From an uncultured Gemmatimonadaceae bacterium (GTDB lineage Bacteria; Gemmatimonadota; Gemmatimonadetes; Gemmatimonadales; Gemmatimonadaceae), in contig CAWHHI010000016.1 in NCBI GenBank assembly GCA_963829055.1, positions 128,001 through 192,000 of the forward strand: a stretch of DNA of 64,000 nt, written 5' to 3'. The translations under genes and the position numbers were made by a program. Under the pieces are notes generated by a model. It saw only the letters and a program-made list of their open reading frames with translations, made no database searches and was not told the origin of the DNA. Numbering within the stretch: position 1 is the stretch's first letter; each line of letters opens with the position of its first letter. Of this stretch, positions 50,705-61,940 are shown piece by piece.

Positions 50705-51204
50705 AGCCAGCGTCTCCGGTTGTGCTGCTTCTCGCGGCCTGGTTAGGCGCTGGCATGTTGCTCGCAGCGGTCGTGGCGCCGGCGGCGTTCGCGGTGTTGC
50801 CGTCACGGACGTTGGCCGGCGCGCTCGTGGGACGCGTATTGCCGACCGTGTTCATCGCCGGGATCGTGGTGGCGCTGGTGTCGGCCTTGCTCGATCGGCC
50901 GCAGGCCGGGCGGTCCCACCGCGTTAGGCGCGCCGCGTTTGTCGTCACCGCGATCTCCTGTGCGGTTGCCCAGTTCGTTGTTGCCCCTCGAATCGAGCGC
51001 GTTCGCGGCGAAATAGCCGGCCCGGTCGAACAGCTAGCGCAGAGCGATCCTCGCCGGGTCGCGTTCGGCCGTCTTCACGCGATCAGCGTTGGGTGGCTCG
51101 GGCTCGCAATGATCTCGGCCGCCGCGGCCGTGGTGCTCGTATCGATGTCGCCAAGACAGCCGGATTCCGACGCGCGCGATCCGTCGTTGGTCGCGTCCCG
51201 TTAG
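50701..51204 (+). CDS. DUF4149-like membrane protein
   Basis: Four TM helices, VAPAAF and FGRLH motifs. Confidence 0.7.
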   Translation: MKPASPVVLLLAAWLGAGMLLAAVVAPAAFAVLPSRTLAGALVGRVLPTVFIAGIVVALVSALLDRPQAGRSHRVRRAAFVVTAISCAVAQFVVAPRIERVRGEIAGPVEQLAQSDPRRVAFGRLHAISVGWLGLAMISAAAAVVLVSMSPRQPDSDARDPSLVASR

Positions 51205-51280
51205 TGGCACTTTCGATCCGGCGGGCGCAAACGCATTCGCCGAATCCCCACCGCAGTCAATTCAGCATCGCCTCGAGGAC

Positions 51281-52714
51281 ATGCACATGACGACCGACAC
51301 GCGAATGGAAAAGGATCCACTCGGCCCGCTCGCCGTTCCGAGCGACGCGCTGTATGGAGTGCAGACCGTTCGCGCGCTGCAGAACTTTCCGATCAGCGGC
51401 CTGAAGCCGCTGTGGCCGTTCGTGCGGTCGCAGGTGTGGATCAAGAAGGCCGCGGCAATGACGCACCGCGAGACGGGACGACTCGACGCGAAGAGCGCAG
51501 ACGCGATCGTGCAGGCGGCGGACGAGGTGCTGGCGCGCAAGCACGATGCCCACTTCGTCGTCGATCCGTATCAGGCCGGCGCGGGAACGTCGCACAACAT
51601 GAACGTGAACGAGGTGCTCGCGAATCGGGCGAACGAGATCCTCGGCGGAAAGCGCGGCGAATACAAGCCGGTGCATCCGAACGACCATGTGAACATGGCG
51701 CAGTCCACGAACGACACGATCCCGACGAACATCCGGCTCTCGATACTCGCCGAACTGCCGGATTTGATCAAATCGTTCGAGACGCTGCGTGATTCGTTCG
51801 CTGAGAAGGGTCGTGAATTCGACCACATCGTGAAGGCCGGTCGCACACACCTGCAGGACGCGATGCCGATTCGCCTCGGCCAGGAATTCACCGCCTATGC
51901 GGGCTCGCTGGACCGCGCGCTGCGTCGCGTTCGAGAAGCGTCCGACTATCTCCGCGACCTCGGGATCGGCGGCAGCGCGGTTGGCACTGGCGTCACCGTC
52001 GAGAAGGAATATCCGGCGCTGATGAACAAGTACTTGCGAGAGATCACGGGGCTCGAGCTTCGCGTTGGGGCCGATCGCATTCAGCTCATGCAGAGCATGG
52101 GTGACGCTGCCGCCTTCAGCGCGACGCTCCGTGGGCTGGCCATCGATCTTAGCAAGATCGCGAGCGATCTCCGACTAATGGTCATGGGCCCGCGCACTGG
52201 CATCGACGAGATCACGCTACCCGCCGTGCAGCCCGGTTCTTCGATCATGCCTGGCAAAATCAATCCATCGATTCCCGAGATGGTGAACCAGGTGTGCTTC
52301 CAGGTCATCGGCTGCGATACGACAGTCGCCATCGCCGCCGAGCACGGGCAGCTCGAGCTCAACGTCATGATGCCCGTCATCGCGCATAACGTCTTGGTGT
52401 CGATGAGGATTCTGACCAACGCCGCGCGTATCCTCGCGGAGAAGACGGTGCAGGGCATCAAGGCGAACGAAGACATGTGCTCGTACTGGGTAGAACGGTC
52501 GGCGGCCCTGGCGACCGCGCTCATGCCGCACATCGGCTACGCGCGCGCCGCTGAGATCAGCAAGCAGTCGGTGAAGGAGGGCGTGTTGATTCGTGATCTC
52601 GTGAAGCGCGCGCATGTGCTTCCGGACGAACGGGTCGACGACTTACTCGATCTTCGCAAGATGACCGAGATCGGAGTTCCAGGCGGTGCACACAACGTCA
52701 GCGCCGGCGGCTGA
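51281..52714 (+). CDS. aspA: Aspartate ammonia-lyase / class II fumarase family protein
   Basis: HPNDHVN, QSTND, GRTHLQDA, GSSIMPGKINP; aspA versus fumC not resolved. Confidence 0.75.
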   Translation: MHMTTDTRMEKDPLGPLAVPSDALYGVQTVRALQNFPISGLKPLWPFVRSQVWIKKAAAMTHRETGRLDAKSADAIVQAADEVLARKHDAHFVVDPYQAGAGTSHNMNVNEVLANRANEILGGKRGEYKPVHPNDHVNMAQSTNDTIPTNIRLSILAELPDLIKSFETLRDSFAEKGREFDHIVKAGRTHLQDAMPIRLGQEFTAYAGSLDRALRRVREASDYLRDLGIGGSAVGTGVTVEKEYPALMNKYLREITGLELRVGADRIQLMQSMGDAAAFSATLRGLAIDLSKIASDLRLMVMGPRTGIDEITLPAVQPGSSIMPGKINPSIPEMVNQVCFQVIGCDTTVAIAAEHGQLELNVMMPVIAHNVLVSMRILTNAARILAEKTVQGIKANEDMCSYWVERSAALATALMPHIGYARAAEISKQSVKEGVLIRDLVKRAHVLPDERVDDLLDLRKMTEIGVPGGAHNVSAGG

Positions 52715-52773
52715 GGTTCGTTGCTCCAGGTTTAGGGCTGACAGTCCGCTGGCGGCCGGTATAGCTTTCGGGC

Positions 52774-53229
52774 GTGCGAATCACCACGTGGGCGGAATAC
52801 GGGCTGATCTGCGCGCTTCACCTGGCGAAGCGCGCAGGCGAGGGGCCGATCACGGGACGCGAGATTGCCTCCGGTGAACGGTTGCCCGCGGACTATGTCG
52901 AGCAGATTCTCCTGCGCCTCCGCCGCGCCGACCTGGTGAAGAGCACTCGTGGCGCGCGAGGCGGATACATGCTCGCGCGGGCGGCGGCCGACATTTCGGT
53001 ACGCGAAATCATCGCCGCATCGGAGCTCGGAACGTTCGACCTCCACTGCGTCACCCATCCCGTCGGTGAAGAGCGCTGCGCCGAATCGCAGAGCTGCAGC
53101 ATCCGCCCTGTGTGGATGATGCTGCAGCAGAAGATCGACGACGTGCTCCAGAGCGTGCACCTGGCTGATCTGCTGGTCGATGAGCGCGCCGTTCGGCAGC
53201 GTGTCGGGCTTCCTGTCCTCACAGTCTGA
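52774..53229 (+). CDS. Rrf2-family transcriptional regulator with three Cys
   Basis: YVEQIL, STRGARGGY, C-X9-C-X5-C. Confidence 0.88.
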   Translation: MRITTWAEYGLICALHLAKRAGEGPITGREIASGERLPADYVEQILLRLRRADLVKSTRGARGGYMLARAAADISVREIIAASELGTFDLHCVTHPVGEERCAESQSCSIRPVWMMLQQKIDDVLQSVHLADLLVDERAVRQRVGLPVLTV

Positions 53230-53245
53230 TCGGCACCGGCCGCCC

Positions 53246-53833
53246 GTGGTGGCACCTTCGTTCTTCGCCGTCTGGCGTCAGCAGCGTCAGCTGCGACGGA
53301 GCGCCGCGTCCTATGTGCTCAGTCTTCTCACCGAGCCCGGCCCTGAAGACGTTAGCTGGCTGAGCGACGTCGCGACGCGCGGTGACGCGGACCGCGCACG
53401 CTGGGAGCTTCGCTACGCTCGCCGAGCCGCTGGGCTTCTCTCGGCGGCGCGTGACGCACTCGACGACCGCACGGCGTCGGCCGTCGCGCACGAGATCGGG
53501 GAGAGTTGGGCGAAGGACCGGAACATCGCGGCCGAGATGCGCCACGCGGCAGAGCAGCAGTTCAACGCTCGGCTCCGGTCGCTTGGTCAGGCCATGGCGG
53601 CGCGCTCGTCGCCCGAGCCGACCTCGACCCGACTCGGACGTGCATTGCTCACCGCGGCCGGCGCCCGGAACCCCTCGGCGGCCGACACCGATCGAGCAGG
53701 CGGCATCGTCTCGGAGTATCTCGAACAAGCCAACGAGGCGCTCCGCCGGGTTTTCGGAACGGCGGCGCTTCCGGAGAACCTGCCACCGTCGGCAGTCCAG
53801 GCTGGGGGACCGACCACTACGCCGCGTCGCTGA
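53246..53833 (+). CDS. Hypothetical protein
   Basis: Co-oriented ORF filling the gap; start uncertain. Confidence 0.55.
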   Translation: MVAPSFFAVWRQQRQLRRSAASYVLSLLTEPGPEDVSWLSDVATRGDADRARWELRYARRAAGLLSAARDALDDRTASAVAHEIGESWAKDRNIAAEMRHAAEQQFNARLRSLGQAMAARSSPEPTSTRLGRALLTAAGARNPSAADTDRAGGIVSEYLEQANEALRRVFGTAALPENLPPSAVQAGGPTTTPRR

Positions 53834-53910
53834 GCCCAAGATCGCTGGGGGCGGATGCACGAGCGGCGCAGACGCTCGTCACGTCTACGCCGCTCGCGTA
53901 CTTCTCAGGG

Positions 53911-53995
<85 letters not shown>

Positions 53996-54154
53996 AGGGA
54001 GCAGAAACGTATCGGAGCCCATAGTGAAAGGCAACGCTACGCGCGTCCACGTGCGCGTCCACTTTGCCAGGGCTACGAGCCATCCTATTCTTTCGTGACG
54101 TTGCGGCGTTCGGCCGCCGCTCGCGCGCTGCCGCCTGCCGTATCGACCTGACCG

Positions 54155-54624
54155 ATGGCTCAAGAGAAAAAGAGGACGACCGCCAGATAGTCGCGCGGAA
54201 CAAGCGCGCGCGCCACGACTACCACATTCTGGATAGTTGGGAGGCGGGCCTCGTGCTGACCGGAACCGAGGTGAAGTCGTTGCGCGACGGCAAGGCGACG
54301 ATGGCGGACGCGTATGCCTTGGTGAAGGACGGCGAAGTGTTTCTGCTCAACCTGCACATCTCGCCGTACGAAAAAGGCAACCAGTTCAACCACGAACCGA
54401 CGCGAACGCGGAAACTGTTGCTACACCGGAAGGAGATCCGTCGGTTGATTGGATCGGTCGAGCGGCAGGGCCTCACGCTGATTCCGCTCGAGTTGTACTT
54501 CCGCGGAGGAGTGGCGAAGGTGAATATCGCGTTAGGCAAGGGCAAGAAGTTGCACGACAAGCGCGCGGACGACCGCAAGAAGACAGACGAGCGCGACATG
54601 GCGCGCGTGGCGCGCGTGCGATGA
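54155..54624 (+). CDS. smpB: SsrA-binding protein; natural ATG out of frame through an A5 run
   Basis: NKRARHDY, EAGLVLTGTEVKSLR, RKLLLH, GKKLHDKR. Confidence 0.93.
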
Positions 54625-55781
54625 TTCTGACGCTGGCGCTCCTGTTCCAGCAGGCGGCAGCCCAGCCGTTCTCCAGCGTCACGATCCGGAACGGCGAACG
54701 ATCGGCTACGGTGCCCGTCGTCCTCGTCGACCGGGGCCCGGCTGTCGCCGCGGACGCGCTGGCCGAAGCGCTCGGCGGACAGGTCGACGCGCGCGGCAAG
54801 GACGAGTTCACCGTTTCACTCGCCGGCCTGCGCGTTCTGGTGACGCCAAACGTTCCGTTCGTGCGCATCGGTGACCAGACACTCCCGCTTACGGCGGAAC
54901 CGACGCTTCGCGGGGGGAAGTTGCTGCTGCCGTATACGTTCGTGAGCGACTTCCTGCCACGCATCGCGAGCGGCGTCACGTTCGATGCTCGGCGCGCTGT
55001 ACTGCAGCGCCAACTGGCGAGCGGTCCTCCTGCCTCATCCCGCAAGACCAAGTCGAACTTCTTCACTGTGGTCGTGGACGCCGGACATGGTGGCCCCGAC
55101 AGAGGCATGCACGGGCCGATCGGCGCGAGCTGGCAGATGAACGAGAAGGACATCACGCTCGACGTCGCGCTCGCGCTTCGCGATGTGCTGTCCGAGCGCG
55201 GAGCAGCCGTGATCATGACGCGGTCCACCGATACACTGATCGCGCTCAATGACCGCGGGCGCATCGCGAATGCGAAGAAAGGCGATGTGTTTGTCTCGAT
55301 CCACGTCAACGCGGCGAACCCGCGTTGGAAGCAGCCGGGTGCCGCGCGTGGCTTCGAGACGTATTTTCTTTCCGAGGCCCGCACCGAAGACGCGCGCCGA
55401 GTGGAGGCGATGGAGAACGAGGTAGTGAAGTACGAGATCGCAAACAACGTCGCCGCCAATGACCCGTTGAGCTTCATCGTGCACGACATGGAGCAGAACC
55501 AGCACCTTCGTGAATCGAGCGAGCTCGCTGCCACCGTGCAGCGTTCGCTCGCGAAGATGCATCCGGGTCCGGACCGTGGCGTGAAGCAAGCCGGCTTCCG
55601 TGTGCTGGTGACCGCGTTCATGCCCGCCGTGCTCGTCGAGATCGGTTTCGGGACCAACGAGACGGAAGCACGATACCTCCGCGATCCTCGCCGGCAGCGG
55701 GAGATCGCGACATCCATCGCGGACGCCACGATGCAATACCTGGCTGCGTATCAACGGCGTACGAGCGCCACGGGGCAGTGA
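54621..55781 (+). CDS. N-acetylmuramoyl-L-alanine amidase (Amidase_3)
   Basis: DAGHGG, EKDITL, SIHVNA, PAVLVEIGF; signal peptide. Confidence 0.9.
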   Translation: MILTLALLFQQAAAQPFSSVTIRNGERSATVPVVLVDRGPAVAADALAEALGGQVDARGKDEFTVSLAGLRVLVTPNVPFVRIGDQTLPLTAEPTLRGGKLLLPYTFVSDFLPRIASGVTFDARRAVLQRQLASGPPASSRKTKSNFFTVVVDAGHGGPDRGMHGPIGASWQMNEKDITLDVALALRDVLSERGAAVIMTRSTDTLIALNDRGRIANAKKGDVFVSIHVNAANPRWKQPGAARGFETYFLSEARTEDARRVEAMENEVVKYEIANNVAANDPLSFIVHDMEQNQHLRESSELAATVQRSLAKMHPGPDRGVKQAGFRVLVTAFMPAVLVEIGFGTNETEARYLRDPRRQREIATSIADATMQYLAAYQRRTSATGQ

Positions 55782-56731
55782 GCCGACCGAACGTCGCCAC
55801 TGCTCGTGACGGTCGACTCGGCGTCGACTTCTGCGGCGTTCGATTTCAGAATCCGATTCTTCTCGCGGCGGGAACTGCGGCGTACGGCGAAGAGCTCGAC
55901 GACGTCGTGCAACTCGACCGGCTCGGTGGGATCATCACGAAAGCCGTGAGCCTGGAGCCGAGGCACGGCGCGCCGTCGCCGCGAGTGGCGGAGTTCGATG
56001 GCGGGATGATGAATGCGGTGGGGCTCGCAAACCCGGGTGTCGTACAGGTCCGCGAGCGACACCTGCCGTGGCTCGGGAAACGGTTGCCTAACGCGCGCAC
56101 GATCGTGAACGTCATCGGCTTTCAACCCGACGAGTTCCCGCGCGTGATCGAGGAGCTCGGCGACGACGCGCCCGTTCACGGCTTCGAGCTCAACGTGAGT
56201 TGTCCGAACACGAAGGCCGGGGGCGTCGAGTTCGGTGCGGACCCGGCGGCGTTGCGTGAAGTCGTTGCAGGCGCGCGAGCGGTGACGCAACGGCCGTTGA
56301 TCGTCAAACTCGCGCCGACGCTCGCCGATATTGGCGGCGCGGCACGTATCGCGGTCGATGCTGGCGCTGACGCGATCAGCGTGGTGAACACGATTCCCGG
56401 GCTCGCCATCAATGTCGAACGTCGTCGGCCTGCACTCGGCTATGGGACTGGCGGTATCAGCGGGCCGGGGCTTCTTCCGGTTGGCGTGCTGGCGACGTGG
56501 AAGGTCCGCAAAGCAACCAAAGCACCGATCATTGGGATCGGAGGCATCAGCAGCGTGGACGGCGTGCTTCAGTATCTCATTGCCGGTGCATCGCTCGTCG
56601 CGGTGGGCACTGGCGCGCTCAGGGATCCGCGATTGCCCGAGCGGCTCGTGCGTGAGCTCGACGCGTGGTGCGCCGCGCACGGTATACGGTCTCTCACAGA
56701 AATCACCGGCACTCTCGAGTGGCCCACATGA
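55778..56731 (+). CDS. pyrD: Dihydroorotate dehydrogenase, family 1 catalytic subunit
   Basis: NAVGLANPG, ELNVSCPN, GGISGP, IGIGGI. Confidence 0.9.
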   Translation: MSRPNVATARDGRLGVDFCGVRFQNPILLAAGTAAYGEELDDVVQLDRLGGIITKAVSLEPRHGAPSPRVAEFDGGMMNAVGLANPGVVQVRERHLPWLGKRLPNARTIVNVIGFQPDEFPRVIEELGDDAPVHGFELNVSCPNTKAGGVEFGADPAALREVVAGARAVTQRPLIVKLAPTLADIGGAARIAVDAGADAISVVNTIPGLAINVERRRPALGYGTGGISGPGLLPVGVLATWKVRKATKAPIIGIGGISSVDGVLQYLIAGASLVAVGTGALRDPRLPERLVRELDAWCAAHGIRSLTEITGTLEWPT

Positions 56732-57453
56732 GCACGACTCCGATCGTCGCGTTGGACGTTCCCTCGGCCGACGACGCGCTCGCTGTCGTTCGGACGCTAG
56801 GAGAGCGGTGTCGATTCTACAAAATCGGCAACGAGCTCTTTACCGCGGCGGGTCCGAGCGTTGTCGAACGTGTGCGAGATACCGGCGCGCGAGTGTTTCT
56901 CGACCTCAAGCTGCACGACATCCCCAACACCGTGCGCGGCGCAGCGCGGTCGGCGGCGTCACTCGGCGCGAGTCTGCTCACGGTGCATGGCGTCGGGGGA
57001 ACCGAGATGGTCTCCGCTGCAGTTGAAGGAGCAGGGAATCAGTTGGGAATCCTGGTTGTTACCGTGCTGACATCGTTCGATGATCGCACATTAGGCGAGG
57101 CGACGGGCCGGCCGGAGATCTCAGCGTCGGCGGAGGTGGCGCGACTAGCTGACGTCGCGGCGCACGCGGGGGCGCATGGGATCGTGTGCTCGGGCGCCGA
57201 GGCGAGTGCAATGCGCGAGCGGTTCGGCGAGCGTCTCGCGCTGCTCATCCCCGGGATTCGCATGCGCGGCGGCGCCGTTCACGATCAGCGCCGAGTTGTT
57301 ACACCGGCTGAAGCGGCCGTTGCCGGCGCGCGTTACATCGTGGTCGGGCGGGCGGTGACTGGAGCGGCGGACCCGGCCAGCGCGATGGACGCGGTGATGG
57401 CGGAGCTCGAGTCGGACGGACACTGCACAACGAATACCGTGTCCCTTGCATAG
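56728..57453 (+). CDS. pyrF: Orotidine-5'-phosphate decarboxylase
   Basis: IVALD, FLDLKLHDIPNTV, VTVLTS, PGIR, DQRR. Confidence 0.95.
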   Translation: MSTTPIVALDVPSADDALAVVRTLGERCRFYKIGNELFTAAGPSVVERVRDTGARVFLDLKLHDIPNTVRGAARSAASLGASLLTVHGVGGTEMVSAAVEGAGNQLGILVVTVLTSFDDRTLGEATGRPEISASAEVARLADVAAHAGAHGIVCSGAEASAMRERFGERLALLIPGIRMRGGAVHDQRRVVTPAEAAVAGARYIVVGRAVTGAADPASAMDAVMAELESDGHCTTNTVSLA

Positions 57454-57474
57454 CGGCTGTAAGCCCGTTAATCT
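57446..57474 (+). promoter_or_regulatory. Putative sigma70 promoter of the rpmJ-alpha operon
   Basis: TTGCAT, 17-bp spacer, TAATCT, followed by an AT-rich leader. Confidence 0.6.
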
Positions 57475-57518
57475 GAGTGTCTTGGCCGAAATTATCTTTG
57501 TTTTTACTGGAGCGCCCT

Positions 57519-57635
57519 GTGAAAGTTCGCAGCAGCGTTAAGCCGATCTGTGAGCACTGTCGAGTCGTGAAGCGCAGCGGCGTCACGCGCATCATCTGCA
57601 AGCGCAACCCCAAGCACAAGCAGCGTCAAGGTTAG
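57519..57635 (+). CDS. rpmJ: 50S ribosomal protein L36 (not in the ORF track)
   Basis: Manual translation [45 protein letters not shown]. Confidence 0.97.
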   Translation: MKVRSSVKPICEHCRVVKRSGVTRIICKRNPKHKQRQG

Positions 57636-57637
57636 AT

Positions 57638-58015
57638 ATGGCTCGAATTGCTGGCGTTGACCTCCCGCGTGACAAGAAGGTCGAGATCGGTCTCACGTAC
57701 ATCTATGGGATCGGCCGTTCCATTGCACGCAGAATTCTGCAGACCACGGGCGTGAGCTCGGATCTGCGCGTCCGTGATCTCAATGACGCCGACGTGAATC
57801 GGCTGCGGCAGGCGATCGAACGCGATTATCGCGTCGAGGGCGCTCTGCGCACCGAGGTGGCGATGAACATCAAGCGATTGATGGACATCGGCTCCTATCG
57901 GGGCATCCGCCACCGTCGTGGTCTGCCGGTGCGCGGTCAGCGGACGCATACGAATGCCCGTACGAAGAAGGGTCCACGCCGCGCAATCGCCGGCAAGAAG
58001 AAGGTGACCAAGTAG
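57638..58015 (+). CDS. rpsM: 30S ribosomal protein S13
   Basis: [25 protein letters not shown]. Confidence 0.98.
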   Translation: MARIAGVDLPRDKKVEIGLTYIYGIGRSIARRILQTTGVSSDLRVRDLNDADVNRLRQAIERDYRVEGALRTEVAMNIKRLMDIGSYRGIRHRRGLPVRGQRTHTNARTKKGPRRAIAGKKKVTK

Positions 58016-58019
58016 TCAT

Positions 58020-58397
58020 ATGGCAACTGCGAAGAAGACCAAGCGCGTGATCGAGGCGGAGGGAGTCGCCCACATCAGCGCGACGTTCAACAATACGACG
58101 ATCACGATCTCCGACACGCACGGGAACACCGTGTCCTGGGGGTCGTCAGGCAAGGCCGGCTTCAAGGGATCCAAGAAGTCGACGCCATTCGCCGCGACGG
58201 TCGCCGCGGAGCAGGCAGCGCGAGAAGCGATGTCGCTCGGCGTTCGGCGCGTGCACGTGCGCGTTCAGGGTCCCGGGTCGGGACGCGAGTCGGCCATTCA
58301 GGCGCTCGCGTCCGCTGGCTTGCAGGTGAAGTCGATCAAGGACGTGACGCCGATCCCGCACAACGGCTGCCGTCCTCCCAAGCGACGGAGAGTCTAA
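58020..58397 (+). CDS. rpsK: 30S ribosomal protein S11
   Basis: [25 protein letters not shown]. Confidence 0.98.
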   Translation: MATAKKTKRVIEAEGVAHISATFNNTTITISDTHGNTVSWGSSGKAGFKGSKKSTPFAATVAAEQAAREAMSLGVRRVHVRVQGPGSGRESAIQALASAGLQVKSIKDVTPIPHNGCRPPKRRRV

Positions 58398-58400
58398 CCA

Positions 58401-59036
58401 ATGTCACGTTACACCGGTCCCAGCTGCCGTCAGTGCCGCCGCGAAGGGACGAAGCTGTTCTTGAAGGGAACGAAGTGCTTCACCGAGAAGTGCCCGGTCG
58501 AGCGTCGTCCGTATGCGCCGGGTCAGCACGGCCAGAACACGGCGCGTCGCCGCAAGTCGTCCGAGTATTCCAAGCAGCTTCGCGAGAAGCAGAAGATCAA
58601 GCGCATCTACGGCGTGAGCGAGCGGCAGTTCCGTAACACGTTCGAGCGTGTGGCGTCGCTCCCCGGCATCACTGGCCACAACCTTCTCGCAGCACTCGAG
58701 AGCCGGTTGGACAACGTGGTGTATCGCATGGGTTTCGCCGCGAGCCGTAAATCAGCGCGTCAGCTCATTCGTCACCGCCACGTCGAGATCAACCAGCACA
58801 CCGTCGACGTGCCGAGCTATCTCGTCGATCCCGGCGAGGAAGTGCGCGTTCGCATGAAGTCGCGTGAGATGGTCGCGATCATGGCCGCGATGGATCAGGC
58901 GACCCGTGGCGCTCCGCTCTCGTGGATCGCGGTGGATCGCGACACGTTCAGTGGCCGGATGCTCGAGCGTCCGCAGAGGACCAGCATTCCGATCGCCGCA
59001 CAGGAGCAACTCGTAGTCGAGTTGTACTCTAAGTAA
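58401..59036 (+). CDS. rpsD: 30S ribosomal protein S4
   Basis: PGQHG, LREKQK, LESRLDNVVYR, VELYSK. Confidence 0.98.
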   Translation: MSRYTGPSCRQCRREGTKLFLKGTKCFTEKCPVERRPYAPGQHGQNTARRRKSSEYSKQLREKQKIKRIYGVSERQFRNTFERVASLPGITGHNLLAALESRLDNVVYRMGFAASRKSARQLIRHRHVEINQHTVDVPSYLVDPGEEVRVRMKSREMVAIMAAMDQATRGAPLSWIAVDRDTFSGRMLERPQRTSIPIAAQEQLVVELYSK

Positions 59037-59039
59037 GCC

Positions 59040-59114
59040 GGGAACCGGGAACGAGGAACTGGGAAACTGACGCACTGCGCCGTTCCCGGTTCCCAGGTCC
59101 CAGTTCCCGTTTTT
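59040..59114. repeat. 4+4 heptamer (GGGAACC/GGTTCCC-like) hairpin followed by T5
   Basis: Arms 59040-59067 and 59081-59108 between rpsD and rpoA. Confidence 0.85.
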
Positions 59115-59215
59115 GGTCGGGGCCCTAGTCCCCATACGAGCTCACCGCGCGCTAGGGGCGGGGTGAGGCGTTGCCGAGGCGATGTCTCGGTATGACCGTT
59201 CAAAACAGCGAATAC

Positions 59216-60286
59216 ATGGCACAAGTCATCGATCTTACCGGGTTGGTTCGTCCGCAGCTGGTCGAAGCTACCAAGCGCGACGACAACACGAACATCGCGG
59301 AGTTCCGCCTCCAGCCGCTGGAGCGTGGCTTCGGCCACACGCTCGGCAACGCGATGCGGCGCATGCTGCTCTCGTCGCTGCGCGGCTCCGCCGTTTGGGG
59401 CTTCCGCATTGACGGCGTCGTTCACGAGCACCAGACCATCCCTGGGGTGGTCGAGGACGTGCACCAGATCATCGCGAACCTGAAGACGCTCACGATGTCG
59501 CTCGCCGATGACCTCGACGAGGCGATTCTCCGCATCTCCAAGTCCGAAGCCGGCCCGATTACGGCAGCCGACATTCAGGACCAGAGCGGCGTGAAGGTCA
59601 TCGACCAGCGTCACCACCTGTTCACGCTCCAGGACGATCGCGACATCAACGTCGAACTGTACGTGAACAAGGGCCGCGGGTACATCGAAGCCGACCAGCA
59701 CGTGATCGACCGTGGACTTCCGATCGATCTCGTTCGCATCGATTCGATCTACAATCCGGTTCGTCGTGCGAACTTCACGGTGGCCGAGACGCGCGTTGGT
59801 CAGCGCACCGACTACGACCGCCTGATGCTGACGGTCGAGACGAACGGCACCATCACGCCGGAAGAGGCAGTGAGCTACGCCGCCGCGCTCGCGCAGACGC
59901 ACTTCCAGTACTTCGCGGGCTTCGGCTCGCACGCGTCGGCACCGGTGGGTGGTGGCGGCGAGCAGTCCACCGGCGATGCGCACCGGTTGGCGGAGCTCTT
60001 CCGCACGCCTATCGACGACCTCGAGTTGTCGGTGCGGTCGGTCAACTCGCTCAAGAACTCGAATATCCGCTCGCTGGGTGACCTGGTTCGCCAGACCGAA
60101 AGTCAGATCCTGCAGGTCAAGAATTTCGGGAAGAAGTCGCTGCAGGAGATCGCCGATCTCCTCGAGCGCGAAGGCTTGAATTTCGGGATGCGCTGGGACG
60201 AGAACGGCGAGGGCGTGCGGATCACCGATTGGGGAACGCCGCCGAGCCGCGCCGCCGCCAACGCGCCTGACGACGAAGAGGAGTAA
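59216..60286 (+). CDS. rpoA: RNA polymerase alpha subunit
   Basis: PLERGFGHTLGNAMRR, RVGQRTDYD, LELSVRS, NFGKKS. Confidence 0.98.
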   Translation: MAQVIDLTGLVRPQLVEATKRDDNTNIAEFRLQPLERGFGHTLGNAMRRMLLSSLRGSAVWGFRIDGVVHEHQTIPGVVEDVHQIIANLKTLTMSLADDLDEAILRISKSEAGPITAADIQDQSGVKVIDQRHHLFTLQDDRDINVELYVNKGRGYIEADQHVIDRGLPIDLVRIDSIYNPVRRANFTVAETRVGQRTDYDRLMLTVETNGTITPEEAVSYAAALAQTHFQYFAGFGSHASAPVGGGGEQSTGDAHRLAELFRTPIDDLELSVRSVNSLKNSNIRSLGDLVRQTESQILQVKNFGKKSLQEIADLLEREGLNFGMRWDENGEGVRITDWGTPPSRAAANAPDDEEE

Positions 60287-60291
60287 GACCA

Positions 60292-60648
60292 ATGCGTCAT
60301 CGCAAGGCAGGACGGCAGCTACGTCGCACGAGCGAGCAGAAGCTCGCGTTGATGCGCAATCTCGCCACGTCACTCATCGAGTATGGCGCGATCGAGACCA
60401 CCGAGGCGAAGGCGAAGGAGCTGCGTCCGTTCGTGGAGAAGCTCATCACGAAGGCGCGCACCGGTACGCTGCATTCGCGTCGTCTCGCTGGACGTCACGT
60501 CCAGAAGCGTGAAGCCGCAGACAAGTTGTTCCAGGAACTTGGGCCACGCTTCGCCAAGCGTCCTGGTGGCTACACGCGCATTCTCAAGACTGGTCACCGC
60601 AAGGGTGACGGCGCCGAGATGGCGCGCATCGAGCTGATCGAGAGCTGA
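60292..60648 (+). CDS. rplQ: 50S ribosomal protein L17
   Basis: [19 protein letters not shown]. Confidence 0.98.
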   Translation: MRHRKAGRQLRRTSEQKLALMRNLATSLIEYGAIETTEAKAKELRPFVEKLITKARTGTLHSRRLAGRHVQKREAADKLFQELGPRFAKRPGGYTRILKTGHRKGDGAEMARIELIES

Positions 60649-60653
60649 GACCC

Positions 60654-60872
60654 ATGCCTATCAACCGCAACCGATGCTACTCCTGCGATCGCGGAGTCGC
60701 CTTCGGCAATAATGTTTCGCACGCGAACAACAAGACGCGTCGCACGTGGAAACCGAACCTGCAGGTCGTCCGCGTGGTCGTCGGTGAGCGCGTTCAACGC
60801 GTGAAGGTCTGCGCGCGATGCCTGCACGCCGGCAAAGTGCAGCGAGCCCCGCGCGGAGCGAGGGTCGCCTGA
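60654..60872 (+). CDS. rpmB: 50S ribosomal protein L28
   Basis: [20 protein letters not shown]. Confidence 0.95.
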   Translation: MPINRNRCYSCDRGVAFGNNVSHANNKTRRTWKPNLQVVRVVVGERVQRVKVCARCLHAGKVQRAPRGARVA

Positions 60873-60895
60873 ACCCGAACGTGTCCGAAGAAAAC

Positions 60896-60923
60896 GGGAG
60901 CTCCTTCGGGGGCTCCCTTTTTT
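60896..60923 (+). terminator. Intrinsic terminator
   Basis: GGGAGCTCC-TTCG-GGGGCTCCC-TTTTTT. Confidence 0.9.
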
Positions 60924-60933
60924 CTGCCAATAG

Positions 60934-61938
<1,005 letters not shown>

Positions 61939-61940
61939 GA

